DNA of 64,000 nt, taken from contig JBNZDD010013681.1 of assembly GCA_050575255.1 (NCBI GenBank), positions 2,648,681 through 2,712,680 on the forward strand, read 5' to 3'. Shown piece after piece: positions 11,287 through 24,704 of the stretch. Below the pieces are notes generated by a model. It was given only the letters and a program-made list of their open reading frames with translations, ran no database searches and had not been told where the DNA came from. Made by a program: the position numbers and the translations under genes. The DNA comes from Harriotta raleighana (taxonomy: Eukaryota). How positions within the stretch are numbered: the first letter of the stretch is position 1; every line of letters begins with the position of its first letter.

Positions 11287-13149
11287 TGTTCCCACACGCT
11301 AGTTGTCTTTTCCATCAACATTGCGGAAAGTTACGATGGTGCCCATTTTAACCTCTAGCACCAAAAATAATGGCCAACTTTGTAACTCATTAGGTCATGC
11401 CCTGCCTTGTGATGTTGGCAATGACCTGATGAACCAGAATGCGTCCATTTTTCTTTTAGCACAGTGTAAACTGCTATCCCTCCTCATCATAGGGTTTTAT
11501 GGATCCCAACATCCACATTACAATGCCCTTTCACTAGATTGCTTTTGCCTACTTCTGGATTTGCCAGTTGAGGCATCTAGTACAGATAGGATGTTAGGTT
11601 GTATGTATTTGAGGGTGTTTTAGTTCCTCTGTTAATACAATTGCAGAGAAGGAGATACTGTAATTGATTTGTAATGCAGACAATTAAATATTTTGAATCA
11701 TTTTTTGTCGTAAAAATGATGTATCAACTGGTTTCCAGCTTTGGGAAATCTGTGTAAGGTTCAAGGTCTTTTTGCTGCTGGTTTGGAAGAAAAGCTAATT
11801 AACCTACCTTAATACCACCAATTAATGTAATCATGATGGTGGCATCTCCGCAAAGTGATCTGTGAGACACTTACTTTATTAGACATATATTTGCAGCTGA
11901 TAATGGTGCTATAGTTTGTAGTGTAGTTTCCTTTGAAATTATATTGAGGTTTTTGCTTCCTCCTGACCTGAAAGGGGCTCTAGAAATGTAATTTTGTTTT
12001 TGTTGTTCCTGCTGGTAAACCTGTCGAGTTTATATCTCAGGTTAGCTTCACCACAAAGAGTGGTGTGCACTGGTCAGCACAAGATCTAAAAGCACTGTTT
12101 ACATATGATTGTTCCCAGGTTAGCTTTTTTTTGTCACCCCAAACCTTCCCGCTCCTGCATTCATCAGATCTGAGTGTTTTTTGTTCTCGAAATAACAGTA
12201 TATATATATATATATACACTTAGCAAGTAAAATGTTTGAAATGTTTATGTGGTGTGTGTATTTTATAAAAAAGTGAACTGGAAACTGGAGTATTTATATC
12301 GTTTGTAAGCAAAAATGTAAAGTCGTCTTTACACTATTCTCATCCGCAATCATAGAGTTCAGCTGGTGCAACAGTTGAACTGGTTCCATCTGTGCTTCTT
12401 CACCATTGCTCGTTCTGTATCTTTTCTTTCACCACCAAAGTTTGTGATTGCAGGAAAGTGAGCCCATGTCTTATGCTGCTGTCTTCTGAGGAACAAACAA
12501 AAACATCAGTGCCTTTTCACAAAGGCAGCTTTGGAGACGCAATGGGTTTTTACGATTGATAAAACATTTCCGTGTTTATTATCTTAAGCAATTGCAGTTT
12601 AGCTCCCTTCTGCTAATTGCATCCAGTGAGGTACATGCTGGTTTATACTGCAGTGTTCAGTTACAGTACAGTGAAACTTCCTTTGTGTTTACAAATAGGA
12701 GTGATGCCTTTCATTGTTTAGTCACGAAGGAACCGTATAGTTTACTTCCTAAATTGATGGGAACAAAATCTCTTTTCTTCATCCAGCAATTACTTTCTTT
12801 ATAAAAATGCAGGTCATTCAGGTGTTTGAGCTTATCTTCTATTTTATTAATTATGGCACATCTTGTTCTGTGCACTTATTGCTAGGAAGGAAGCAAACAG
12901 TTGAACATGAAGGGGGATACTTGCTGTTCTATTTTGCTGGAGAGATGGTTGTAGCTAAGTGTTGTAATGGGGAGATGGAAGGATTGATATTGTAGAGAGT
13001 TGAGATCAAAAAAGCATTCTACAACAGTGCTGCCTTCATCTGAAAGCTATATCTGTGATCTTGTAATAACTTTGTTCCTCTTGAAATACAATGACGAGCA
13101 ACTAAATCTTAACATTTTCATATAAATTGAATATAGTGTTTCAATATAG

Positions 13150-13393
13150 GATTCGATTCCCGGGGCAAAACCTTGTGCAGATTTCCTTTCTCCACAGGCC
13201 TGATAATTATTCCTCAAGGAGAATTTTTCTTTGACACTCAACCCACGACTGTTTGTGCTATGTGCAATTGGCTGCCGTTTCATCCACAAAAATACAGTCC
13301 ATTCATTTTACAATATATTCTGTTTTGACACTTTCAGACAGACATCTAGAAGAAGTGAAAAGCACTATATCAAATGCAAAGATTATTAATATT
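13150..13393 (+). mobile_element. Family A SINE (5' truncated)
   Basis: B box, central domain and tail align to 311-610. Confidence 0.75.
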
Positions 13394-13739
13394 GTCCTAA
13401 CCCTCAGTGTCAGAGCACCAACATGCTGTAATATTGCAACATTATAAATTTACATCTTTATTAACTTGGCATTGACTCTTTTAATGATCTGCAGTGAATT
13501 AATTGCCGTAATGAATGGCGACTTTGTCATTGAATTCGCTGCTTGGAGGATTCAGGCATTCACATTACAGTCAGCTATTTGTTCTTTACATAGCATCTTC
13601 CATGGGAGCTGATGGTAACTTGACACTTGTAGAGTCAGTACACTGAAATGTATCTGAAAGGAACAAGAAAATAAAAGCAGTAATCCCACAATCCATCATT
13701 TTGTGTTGACAGGTAATTTGGCAACAAATTGATTGTTTA

Positions 13740-14570
13740 TAATGTACTACCGTTGTATATTGACATCCAATTCTACTTTGCCTCCTTCAGCATCGACTCC
13801 AGACCCACCAATGTTCTATCAGCTTGTCTGGCAGACATCAAGGCCTGGATGTGTGCAAACTTCCTGCAGCGGAATGTGTACAAGCCTTACTCTTCGGCTC
13901 CCATCAACAACTTCACTCCTACAGATCTAAACTCCTTAATTACCTCAGACTCACTAAACCAGTGCGCAATCTAGACATCCGGTTCAACATCCAGCTGTCC
14001 TTCCTCTCCCACATCTAATCCCTGACCAAGGCTGCCGCCTTCTACCTCTGGCACATTGTCTGCCTCATCCCAAATGTAGCCAAATCCCACGTGCATTCAT
14101 TTGTCACTTCCTGCCTGGATTACTCAAATGAACTCCTCGCTGGTCTCCCCAGCTCCTCTATTCAAAAGATCCAACTCATTTAGAACTCTGCTGCCCACAT
14201 AATTACCTGGACCAAACTCCATATCCCCATCTCACCAGTTGTGGCTAGGCTTCACTGGTTACCCATCACTGAATGGATCGACTTCAAGATTCTCAAACTC
14301 GTGTTCAGATCCATTCACTCACTGGCACTCCCTACCTCTCCGACCTCCTCACTCTCCAAACCACCACCAGGCGTTTTCGCTCAATTGGCTTCGGCCTTCT
14401 GCTTGTCCCTCACACCCTCTGCTCCACCATTGTAGGTTGCACTTTCAGCCACTATGCCCTGAAATTTTGGAATACTCTCCCTCAATCCCTTGTCCCTTCT
14501 TTCCCTTTTTCCCACCTGAAAACTTTCCTTTTCGACCGTGCTTATGGTCAACTCCCAATTTCCGCCTTTC
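13740..14570 (+). mobile_element. L2 LINE ORF2 C-terminal remnant
   Basis: Peptides DIQFY, LSACLADIKAWM, LHWLPITEWIDFKIL and HLKTFLFDRAY. Confidence 0.88.
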
Positions 14571-14648
14571 ATTCAATCAATGTGTGTTTCTCTGTCAATA
14601 ATAACACTAATTAAGGACTATTCCCTCTTGGGATTCAGAGTTCTCTGG

Positions 14649-14765
14649 ATAATAATAATCCTTGTATTGATATAGTATCTTATCACGTCTTCAAGACATC
14701 TCAAAGTGCTTCACAAAATATTCTGTAAAGTTAATTGACCATATTTTGTGCGCTAAATGCAACAG
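14649..14765 (-). mobile_element. Family A SINE 3' fragment
   Basis: aataataatccttg...tcacgtcttcaagacatctcaaagtgcttcac is the reverse complement of the SINE tail. Confidence 0.7.
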
Positions 14766-14784
14766 CTAGGGTAAAGACAACTTG

Positions 14785-15385
14785 TGATGTAGACACTAGA
14801 TTCAATCATTGGTCTGTGTTGAGTTCATTGATATCAGCTGGATTTGTGGTAGAGCCACCAAAGCTGTCTCAGGGCTCCCAGGAAGGAGTAAGATATTCCA
14901 GAGTTCCAGCTTCTGATCAGGACCCTGTGACTTTGGCTAGAAAATGCACCTGGTAGATATTACATCAACAAATTGCATATATACAGCAGCTTTCCTATTA
15001 GCAAGACATTTCAAGGCACTGGATGGTTGAGGATTTGAATTTCGGAGGGATGAGGGGGGAAGGGGTGTGGCATTTGTATGGTATAGTTGCAGTTGGGGAG
15101 ATAATCAGAAGATAACCAAACATATAGTTAAAAGGGAAGATCTTGAGATGTACCTTGAGGGAGCTGAGAGTAGAGGTGAGGCAAAGGGACACTGGGATGG
15201 AGTTTCAGAGAGTGGAGCCTCGGCAAGTTGAAATCCAATATTACAAGGAATGGATTTGGCTCGGTTATGATTCCCCTGAGGTCAAATAACTTGCTGACAA
15301 ATAGCCAGCTGTTTCTGTTCAGAAATGTGATTGGCCACTTGGGTGAGGCACTGGAGGGCTGCCAATGCAAGTGGAATCAGTCATT
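14785..15385 (+). mobile_element. LF-SINE-like element split by an L2 fragment
   Basis: 5' part ggtctgtgttgagtt...gatatcagctgg and 3' part ttggccacttgggtgaggcactggagggctgcc resemble the recalled LF-SINE consensus. Confidence 0.6.
14965..15235 (-). mobile_element. L2 LINE 3' end inserted in the LF-SINE-like element
   Basis: caacaaattgcatatatacagc tail. The minus-strand peptide reads LKVHLKIFPF. Confidence 0.65.
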
Positions 15386-15609
15386 CGCTTTGGGAGAGAA
15401 GAAATCTTGGACGTTTGACACAAAGAGAATCCTCTTGTGTGTGTCTACCTTTCTGGGCCAATGACTTATTTCATTGGTTGTTTTGGACACTGGATGACTT
15501 GAAAACAAGTTAACATGACCTGGTCCTGTCAGTGAAACTACTAGGTCAAACGTTGATGTTCATTCTTCTGAGCTTCAGGAAAATCATCCCGTGAAAACAG
15601 ATTGTATTG

Positions 15610-15926
15610 TGGAGCTCCTGTAGCTCAGCGGTTAGAGCACTCGCTTTACAAGCATGAGATCTGTGTTCGTTAGATCAGGGCGAAACCTTGGACAAGTTTC
15701 CTTACTCCACATGCCTAATAATAATCCCTCCAAAAAAAACCGCAATAATAAAATTGGTCATTTCAATCTATGACTGCTTGTGGGACACTGCTGTGCGCAA
15801 TTGGCTGCCGCATTCTGCCCACAAATATACAGTCAATTCACTTTACAGTGTATTCTGTGAAGCACTTTGGGACATCAATAAGATGTGAAAAGCGCTGTAT
15901 CAATTGCAAGTATTATTATTATTATT
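15610..15926 (+). mobile_element. Family A SINE, full length
   Basis: A and B boxes, central domain, tail and (ATT)n. Confidence 0.88.
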
Positions 15927-15989
15927 TTTATTATTTTTTCAATTACTTGGGGAGTGAATTTTACTTGTATGTTCCAAATCACAAAAAGC

Positions 15990-17590
15990 CCCTACTTGGG
16001 TCCAATTCCCTGACTGTCCAGTGCCCTGTTCCTGCTCCCATTCCCCACCTCGTTACTCCCACTCTCTCCTTTCACATCGCCCCTACCCCTTGTCTTCTCT
16101 CTCTCTCTACTGGACCCCACCATTACCTCCCTCTGCTCAAGTCTGGACACCTCCGCTAGGCCTATTGTGCATCCCAACGATGGTTGTCACCCGAAATATC
16201 TCTTCGTTCACTCTCTCCATACCAACCATCTCAGAAAGGAAAATCCCCTACACCCCCTCATCCAAACCCTCTCCAACACTACCTTCTCAAATTCTACAGT
16301 CATCCCTCTCCCACGACCCCAAATTCACTCTATACCAATCTCTCTTCCGATTAACTCCCCCCCCCCCTTCCACCCATCCCCCATCAGCAAACCTATCTGC
16401 ATTGGTCTCCAAAATGCCCAATGAAGCCCTGACTATCCGTGACCTCATCCTGGATGAGCAGATTAAAACTTAGCTCTCCCTTGGTGACCCCCATCCCCTT
16501 TGTTGAAGCCTCCTCTCCTGACTACACATTTCACGCCCCCCACACACCCTCCCCGCCCCAACCAGCATGATGGCCCTCATTTCCAAAACTTCCCTTAGTC
16601 TATTCCCCTATTCCTTTGTCTTTTTCTCCTCATTTGAGCACCTCACTCCCTATCTCTCACTCTCCCACAAAATCTTCCTAGTTTACCGTCCCCAAACCTC
16701 CTGGCTCCCTTTTCACTGCCATCTCCTCACTCCTCTAAACCATGTGCCTCTGCATGGAACACCTGCTCATAATGGGTGATTTCAGCCTGTACCTAAACTC
16801 CCCCTTGGACGACCTCCTTGGAATTCACTCCTCCTCCCTTAACCTCAACTCGCTGACTCACCATCATGGCCACTCCGTTGACCTTATCATCACACCTGGC
16901 CTTGATATCTCTGACCTGTCTATTATGGACAAGGCCATGTTGGATCACATCCTCATCTCCTTCTTCCCCTTCATCCCCTTCCCCTCTTCCAAGCCCACCA
17001 CTTTTTTTTTTTTGTCCCTGGAAAAAGCTTCCCCCTCAGTCCCTCACAAATCCTCTCTCTTCCTCAGACTTCCTCTCTCTCTGGCTCTCCACCTGCTCTG
17101 ATGCAGGCATCGAGCTGCTGAATGAACTTCAATTTCCTGGCTCTCCTGAAACCCAGAATTGTTTCCAAAGACATTCGCTCCCCTGGTACAACAGTCATCT
17201 CCACTCACTCAAATCACAAACCTGGACAATTGAGTGCGGTTAGTAGAAATCTGGCCATACGATTCCCTGTTAGCTGCGGCTCGAGCACCTCCACACCTAC
17301 CGTCTCTTCTTTTTCACAGGGCCAATATGGTCAACCAGTCTCTCTCCTCAGGCTGTGTTTCTCTCCACCTGAAAACCGCTGTCATCCCACCCTTCCTCAA
17401 AAATTCTACCCTTGATCCTTCTTAATCTCTCCCACCACCATCCTATCTCCAACCTACCCTTCCTTGCCAAAGTCCTGGAACGCATTGTTGCAGATCAATT
17501 TTGGTCACACCTCTCCTTCTGCTCCCTCCTTGATCCCCTGCCACCCTGAATGGAGGGTGCTATATAAGTGTAAGTTGTTGGTGTTGTTTT
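15990..17590 (+). mobile_element. L2 LINE remnant (endonuclease region and internal ORF2, deleted)
   Basis: C-rich strand with peptides LTIRDLILD, LLIMGDF...HHHGHSVDLIIT and LKTAVIPPFLK...LDPS, plus an L2-type tail near 17550-17585. Confidence 0.8.
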
Positions 17591-18409
17591 CCTACCACCA
17601 TGGGTTTAAAAAGCATTATCCTTGTGATCTTGAGCAGCCTTACTTCTCCGTCGAACTCTCAGTCTGGTTTGGATACTGGTAAACATGTTGATGGGTTTCC
17701 ACAGGTCAAATAAGAACAATAACTTGCATTTCTAAAGCATCTCGGAGTGCTTAACAGCAGAATGGTTTGACACTTAGTTGGGAAGGGAGAGGAGGTGACC
17801 TCAATCGATACGGAAAGTCTTTTGCCTGGAATACCTTCAGACACCAACAAATCAAAAATGGTGTCTTAATTGAAAACCTTAAAACAAAGGACCATGAAGA
17901 ACTCAGACAGTATGAACCCAAATAATACAAGGAAATGGTGGTGAAAATTTTGACTGCAGATTGTGTTACTACTTTAGAGCATCAAAAGAACAATGCTGTC
18001 AATGCCAGAGAAATTAATTAAAAGAGACGATCTAGAATGAAGATTTATGTATAGTATGGATAAAAAGATCATTATTAGTGAAGTCAAATCTAAAAGGGAT
18101 AGCATCCTTTGAGTTTTCTATTTGAACGCTGAATAGCAGTCTATTTATTCATTTGTACATGGAGGATGAGAGAATAAGGAAGAATGAAAGACCAGGCATC
18201 AATTTTTAATTGTCCATTTTTATTACGCAGTGACACTATGAATTTCAAACGTGGTTTCATGAAAAAGGAAAGCAATAAATTCTTAAAACTTCATACATTT
18301 TAAAACAGAATAAACCTGGTTTATACATATCTTACTTCTTGTCTTGAAACTGCACAGTAATGGGCTTCCCCCATTTTCTCACTGTGTGCAGTAGTTTTGA
18401 AGCACACAG

Positions 18410-18620
18410 CAAAGGCAGGTTCAAGATTTGATCCATGTGTTACTTGTACTGAGTTATCTAACCTCGGTTGCAGAAGCAGTGGGACCTTTGGGACTAGTCT
18501 TGATATGCTTGGAGGGGAAGAGGAGGGGGATAAGGAAGTAATCAGCCAAGCTTACTGTTCCTCATCAACATCAGCGACTTCAAATGGAAATGAGTAAGAA
18601 ACCTTGGGCGAGAACAACAT
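18410..18620 (+). mobile_element. LF-SINE-like fragment (old)
   Basis: tgtactgagttatctaacctcgg...ggaggggaag...aatcagccaag parallels 14785-14960. Confidence 0.45.
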
Positions 18621-19469
18621 TGTTTTGACTCTGATTAAACCCCGTTCAGTCAAACAATCTCCTAAGATTGAAACAAGAAGTTAGAGTTATACAGCGCCTT
18701 TCATATTGGGAAAGAAGATTATCTCTACACATGAGTTGGATGAGGAAGGCAACCTGGGATAAGATACAAAGGGGTGCAGTACCTTAAAGACAGAAGTGAA
18801 GAAGGGTTTAAAAAAAGGCAGAAAGATGAGAGACTGCACATTAACCGTTGTAACCCTGGCAATGTACAGGAATTGGGTACCTCCAGGAGTTGCTGTTTTT
18901 TTTTTAAAAAAAGGGCAATTTTGACTGTGGCTGAGCTTTGATAGTGCAGATCCTCCCGTCTTTTCATGAAAAGGACAGAAGAGGAATGTTTGTTTCTGAA
19001 AACTTTTCTGAGTAAAGGCTTGAATTTTAGCAGCAGATTTCTTATCAACGATCTCAACCCCCAATGTGTTTCACACTATATTTTATATCCTTGATATGAA
19101 CTATTTCTATTGAATGAAAATCCTGAAAATGCCTCAAAATCTCTGAACAATATCTGTCCTTGAAGCACCAAGGTTTTGCATGCAACTCATTCTTATGATC
19201 GTTCTAGGAGTTTTTTTTACAACATCTTAAAACCTAGGAATAATTGTGAAACACAGGATTTGTTTTGGATGGATTCCACTGTTGGTGACTTTCGATTCAG
19301 ATTGATTATAATTTTTATTGTATAATAACAATTTTACTACTTCATGTTCAATGCCTTTCTAATAGACAAAATATATAATACTCTGTTCACCATCTCAGTT
19401 ATACCTGGAAATAAATCCATTCCATTGGATTTATCCAAAGGGTTGTTATACATATTGAATGTTATGAAA

Positions 19470-19580
19470 AGAGCATTCGAATGGGAATGGAGCAGATAGC
19501 CCCAAAGGGGAAGGCATAACTGGCAGAGAAGCAATGAGCTGAATGGCCACTTTCTGTACTGTAATCATTCAATAATTCTG
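19470..19580 (+). mobile_element. CR1 3' tail
   Basis: atgagctgaatggccactttctgtactgtaatcattc terminus. Confidence 0.5.
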
Positions 19581-20065
19581 TTACCAACATCATATAAATC
19601 TGAGTTGTTTTAAATGTATTGCTATTAATATTCCAATAGCAATAATCCTTCAAAAAATATATGTTAGACATTGTTTGGCTTTAATAATGCAATGATGCAA
19701 TATTTCAAAATAGATTAAACCAGTCCAAACGTTGATCATTTTGAAAATACTGTATTTCAAAACTTACAATGTTATTGTGGTATCTAACAGTTATTGTGGT
19801 TGCTACTGTCACTATTGCTGTGGTAATCGTAAGATTGAGATTGACTGATTGGTAGGTTGTGGGTGTTGGAAGTAATTGTTGAAGTTCTCTAGGGTGGGTG
19901 ATGCTCCATTTGATTTCTGATATGGTAGGATTTGTGATGATGAGAATTGATTCTCTTGCTTTGTTGAAGGGGAGATGGGTTGTCACAGGAAATTAGCAAA
20001 TGAAATAAATGGCTGAATCGTAATATGTAGAATCTTTGTGGGATTCGCATTGAGAGATAAACATG

Positions 20066-20280
20066 GAGTCCCGATGCACAGTGCACTTGCCTCAATTCAG
20101 AAGCGGGGTGAAACCTTAGGCAAATTTCTCCACATGCCTCTGCTTACTTAGTAGTAAGTAGAAACCTGGTTGTTAGTCGATTAGTGGATTCCTTTCCTGG
20201 GATAATTATCCATTCAGCAAAAAAAAGTCGCTCAATCCATGAATGTTTTGATTGTTTGTGGGACACTGCTGTGCACAATA
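20066..20280 (+). mobile_element. Family A SINE, long variant, degenerate
   Basis: gtgaaaccttaggcaaatttc followed by the extra segment agtaagtagaaacctggttgttagtc, then the central domain. Confidence 0.65.
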
Positions 20281-20785
20281 GAATTACCGAGTCTGTAAAT
20301 TCATTTCCACAGATCACACTGAAACAGATCAAAGGTAAATGTGCATGTTTCAATGATGATTTTAATGATCAGTTATATTTATGTTGTTTACTGATTTAGA
20401 AATCTTCTTGAGAATGTGATAATTCCAGACAAATTCTTTCATAACATAAATCTGGAGTGGCATAATATTTCCCTGCAGTGTACAACATAAACTACGGAGG
20501 TGGTGTGCCTGTAATCCCTCACATTTCCAATCCTGGCTGGGCTATTCGGGTGATGTGTTGCACAAAAGGTTTGTTGATTTGAGGATGAGTCAGATTGTGT
20601 ACGTCTTTTGGACCATTTACAGAGAGGAACAACAGAATGCTTGGCAGTAGAAAGGTATGTGTAATACGATTAGAGGGAATATCAAGAACATCTTGCAAAG
20701 CTTCTAATAATATCCTTGTTACTAGAAGTTTGCGCCAAAATTTTGTTCCACTGACTCATAAGAATTTAATTTTCTAAATATTTCA

Positions 20786-21040
20786 GGAATCATGTAGCTC
20801 AGTGGTTAGAGCACTTGCCTTGCAGGTGAGAGACCTGGGTTCAATTCCAGGCAGGGCGAAACCATGGACAATTTCCTTACTCCAAACACCCGAAAAGAAT
20901 CCCTGAAAATTTGTTTTCAATCCACGACTGTTTGTGGGACACTGCTGTGCGCAATTGCCCTGTGTGTTTCACCCACAATTATACAGTTAATTCACTTTAC
21001 AGTATATTCTGTGAAGCACTTTGAGACATCTAGAAGATGT
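20786..21040 (+). mobile_element. Family A SINE (3' truncated)
   Basis: Intact head tagctcagtggttagagc...gggttcaattccagg and body. Confidence 0.85.
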
Positions 21041-22269
21041 CTGTGGAAGAGAAATAGCCACAGGTCCCATTCCTGGTTGATCAGATCTCTGCTTTTGTCA
21101 CTCTTGGCTTCACATACTGTCTGGTTAGCTTCCTGCAGTGGATGCAGCTAATCACAGCCAGATGTGTTGCAGACTTCTGATAATCGTGGATCCATAGAAC
21201 ATCCCTGTTTTAAGTGAGGTGCTTTATAGTGGGGTTGCTATGTTTTCTGTGGCTGTATTTCTAGCACTGTTCAACCGATCCTGATTTTCAACGTTGTTTC
21301 GTAAATTTTAGCTGTAATAAAATGCATTTAGTCTTTCGTTTAAACTCCGCTGGGTGAAATAATTTAGTATACCTGAAATAATAATATTAATCCTTTAGTA
21401 GGATGTCATAAGGACATTTCAAAGCACTTCACGGGATATATAGTAAAATTCTGCTTACATCCCCTCCACCATCACCACCAAAGAAATCTATTTGTTCAAT
21501 GTTGCTATTTCTTGACTACCTGTAAGCTTGTTCGGTGGTTGAGGTATTCTCGTTATGTTCAGGATTACTGTTTGAAATGCTTGGGAATTTGCCAGCTTTC
21601 CATTATACAATACTTTCTTATCAAACACCTTTAGGAATCGATTGTCTCAGTATTCCTATTGTGTTAAACTTGGCATGTTACTGTGCCTCTAACAATATTG
21701 TTCTCTACATTTTGATTAGGTTAGATTGAGAATGACTGTTCTTTCCAAGACCTGTCACTGATCTCTTTGTATTTAAAGCCTTTTGCTGCTACAACATTGA
21801 GGGTACACTGCCAATAAGTTTCTTTTTGTCCAGTTTTTTTTAAAAAAAACACAGGCTTTGATGGGGTTAAACAGAGAGACATTTTTTTACTAGTCAGCAA
21901 AGAACAAGAGGCATGAATTGAGGATTATAGCCAGGAGAATGCAGAGGAATTGATTTTACACTGTGTTGCGTTTCAGTAGATACAGCAAAATAAAAGTGAA
22001 TGTTGGATATCTGAACTGAAACAAATGCTGCAAATCTACACAGGTTCTGAAAAAAAACAATTGAGACTTTTTAGCAGAATGTGATCCTTACTAAGCAGGA
22101 ATTTTGAACTGTATTCAGACAGGCGCTCAAGTGGTTAACTCCCCCTGTACAAATTGTAATGCTCCTCATTTTACACTTCATACAGTGAAGTTACTGTTCC
22201 GTGGAATGCTTCCCAGCTCACATCAATTACATTTTTCATCCAGGGTGTCCTCCTAATGAACCAAATACT

Positions 22270-22300
22270 GTGTTGTGTGTGTGTGTGTGTGTGTGTGTGT
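22270..22300. repeat. (GT)n microsatellite
   Basis: Direct reading. Confidence 0.9.
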
Positions 22301-24440
22301 TTGTAAAACAAATTGTGTTTTTCTTGCAGCAGTTATTAACCACATTCTGCAAAACAGAAATGCATTGATTGATTCAAATGTATGTAGATTATATTGCCAG
22401 CCCAAGTTGATAATATGTTGATAGAATTGTTTTCAAATATATAATCTATTTGATTGACATGCTCCTTACAGTGAATGTTTTCTAATGGGTTTTATCTATC
22501 CGTAGGAGTCACAATAGCCTCCATTTGCTATGATTAATGAGGGCAAAGAATGTGAAAAAGGTGATCCTGTAAGACACAGCATAGCAGTAACTGAGGAATG
22601 TGGAGATCATACATTATACATGACAGCACTTGGAGTTTGGGGGATTTTACATTGTGCTAGAGTGTGTCCGTTAAAAAATAGGCATGCGAAAAATTGGACA
22701 AGTGAAGCAATTATTTTTTGACAGAATATTTAACTCTTTCATTCACATAATTTGTGCTTTGCAATATTAGATTATCCAGATAGGCAAGAATATATTAGGT
22801 ATTGCTTAGAGCCCATCCAATCTACTTAACAATTTCTAATAAACCTTTATCTCTGGGACAGCTTGTGGTCTTTCATTAAAATGATTACAACAATATTAAT
22901 CAAGGGATTGGAATATGTTGGACTCATTAGATGTATCTTAAAGAACATTTTCAGTGAGGTATCTTAAGATATTGGAGGGTGAATTTCTTGTCTTGAATCA
23001 CTCCATTTGCTTTCTTTTTATTTGAATTCAACTTTGACTTGTAAAGCGCAGTAATATCAAACAGCATTCCATAAATATGGAAATGAAGAACTGAGGAATC
23101 CAGGAACATATCAGGAAATTGCAGGTTCTCTGGAGTAGAGTTTCCTGCGAGTCAATGTGACGTACATCTGCTTACCCAGAGTCTCCACTCTGATTCCTTA
23201 AAGAAAGAATTTCATTTGAACATCTCCTCCATTTCGACCCATCTGTCGTTGATAATATTTAAAGTATGCAATTCCAGCACCAAAACCATCTCTTGCTGTG
23301 CCGATATATGCGAAGTCCTACTCTGTGTGACAAATCACATGCTTTATATAATGATAGTCTGCATGACCCCCTTTGGCATAAAACTGAATGAAAAATGTCC
23401 TGGAAAATGAATACATAAACTTCCGTGTGGGGAAGCAATGCGTCGTTATCAATAGATCTGGCCAGATATATCCCTTTCACATTTTTTTTTAGTTTGAGTA
23501 AATAAAAATACTGGAGATCCTAAAAACATCTTGTGTCTGAACAGTACAGAAAGGGAACTCATTGGCTGCAGGTCTGCAGTCCTGATGTCATTGGGTGTTT
23601 GTTTTCTGCAGTCAGCTGCTCCCCACTGTGCATCCTAGGTTTAAGGGAATAATCAAAGATTTCATGTGCAGAGCAGTGAATTTCTGAAGTGGTTCGACTA
23701 ACCAAGGTCATTTGGGCCACAGAGTGATCTAACACTTTCATCCAAGAATAATAATTTCAGCACCTTCGGACGTCCTCCCGACGTGAAGGATAATTTTGTT
23801 GTTTGTTGTTGAAGGATGAAAGATGAACTGATATAATGGAGATTAGGGTCTGTTTAATAAATAATTACAGCTTGTAGTGCTCTAGTGGCACAGCAGCCTG
23901 CAAACTGTGCTTCTGTCAGCGACTGGCATTTGATTTAGTCTATAAAGTCCTTTTAAGATCTCATAGCTTTTTAAAAAAATATTATGGCACTTTCTTAAAA
24001 AGCACTCAATCTGTGTGGAGTCAAAAGCTCCACTGATTTTGTTGATGGTTTGATAAAATAAAACTTGCTCCTTTCTTGTTTGGTTCTGTACTGCAAATAG
24101 TGCTTTAATATATTTTGAGTCTCGAGTCCTGTGTTGAAGAGGATGATATTGATGTGAGTGCGTTACAGTGCCTGTTTTGTGTGGATGGATGTACTTGTAT
24201 CAGAAATGTCTGGTATTATTAATATGCAGAAGAAGATAAAGCAGATGGCGTCGATGTGTGAACACACACGGCAGTGGATATATATATATATATAATATAG
24301 ATATATATTTATTTATATAAAACCTTATTCTGCAGCTAAAAACGTTCCCAAAATTCAACATTAGTGATTGGTATTTAATCTGATGTGGTCACCTGACAAT
24401 GCCTTTCTGATTGTGGATGGTGGAAGAACCCAAAACTAGT

Positions 24441-24512
24441 CCCCCCCTCCCTCCCTCCCCCCCCTCTCTCTCTCTCTCCCTCTCTCTCCCCTCCCTCTCT
24501 CTCTCTCTCCCC
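24441..24512. repeat. C/CT-rich polypyrimidine microsatellite upstream of the MKTQ exon
   Basis: Direct reading. Confidence 0.85.
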
Positions 24513-24611
24513 TGCCTCACCTCCCCAAGAGAGATTGTTAGTCCAGTCCTTTTACAGAGGTTGATGTTGGCTCTTTGTCAGCACCAGGGATGCTGGGCTG
24601 CCAGTGAGACT

Positions 24612-24625
24612 CTTGTCATGGTTAC
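24612..24625 (-). promoter_or_regulatory. RFX X-box-like site just upstream of the MKTQ first exon
   Basis: Minus strand reads GTAACCATGACAAG, close to the X-box GTNRCCATGGYAAC, and ends about 30 nt before the ATG. Confidence 0.45.
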
Positions 24626-24657
24626 AATATCCTGTAATGTGCTAACAAACTGCAGCC

Positions 24658-24704
24658 ATGAAAACCCAAAGGGAACGGCTCAGGATACCAGGGCTGACCT
24701 TGGA
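24658..24704 (+). CDS. MAST4: MAST-family kinase alternative first coding exon (MKTQRERLRIPGLTL + GA)
   Basis: Kozak-like gcagccATG, 15 codons plus 2 nt, and a perfect gtaagt donor. Resembles the recalled MAST4 isoform start MKAQRERLQIPGLTLD. Confidence 0.85.

Noticed and set aside
19705-20050. Strand-biased segment that might be an old retroelement coding remnant
   Set aside because: No motif that I can recognise in translation.
20786-20862. tRNA gene calls for SINE heads
   Set aside because: The T arm is non-canonical, and the heads run into SINE bodies instead of a Pol III terminator.
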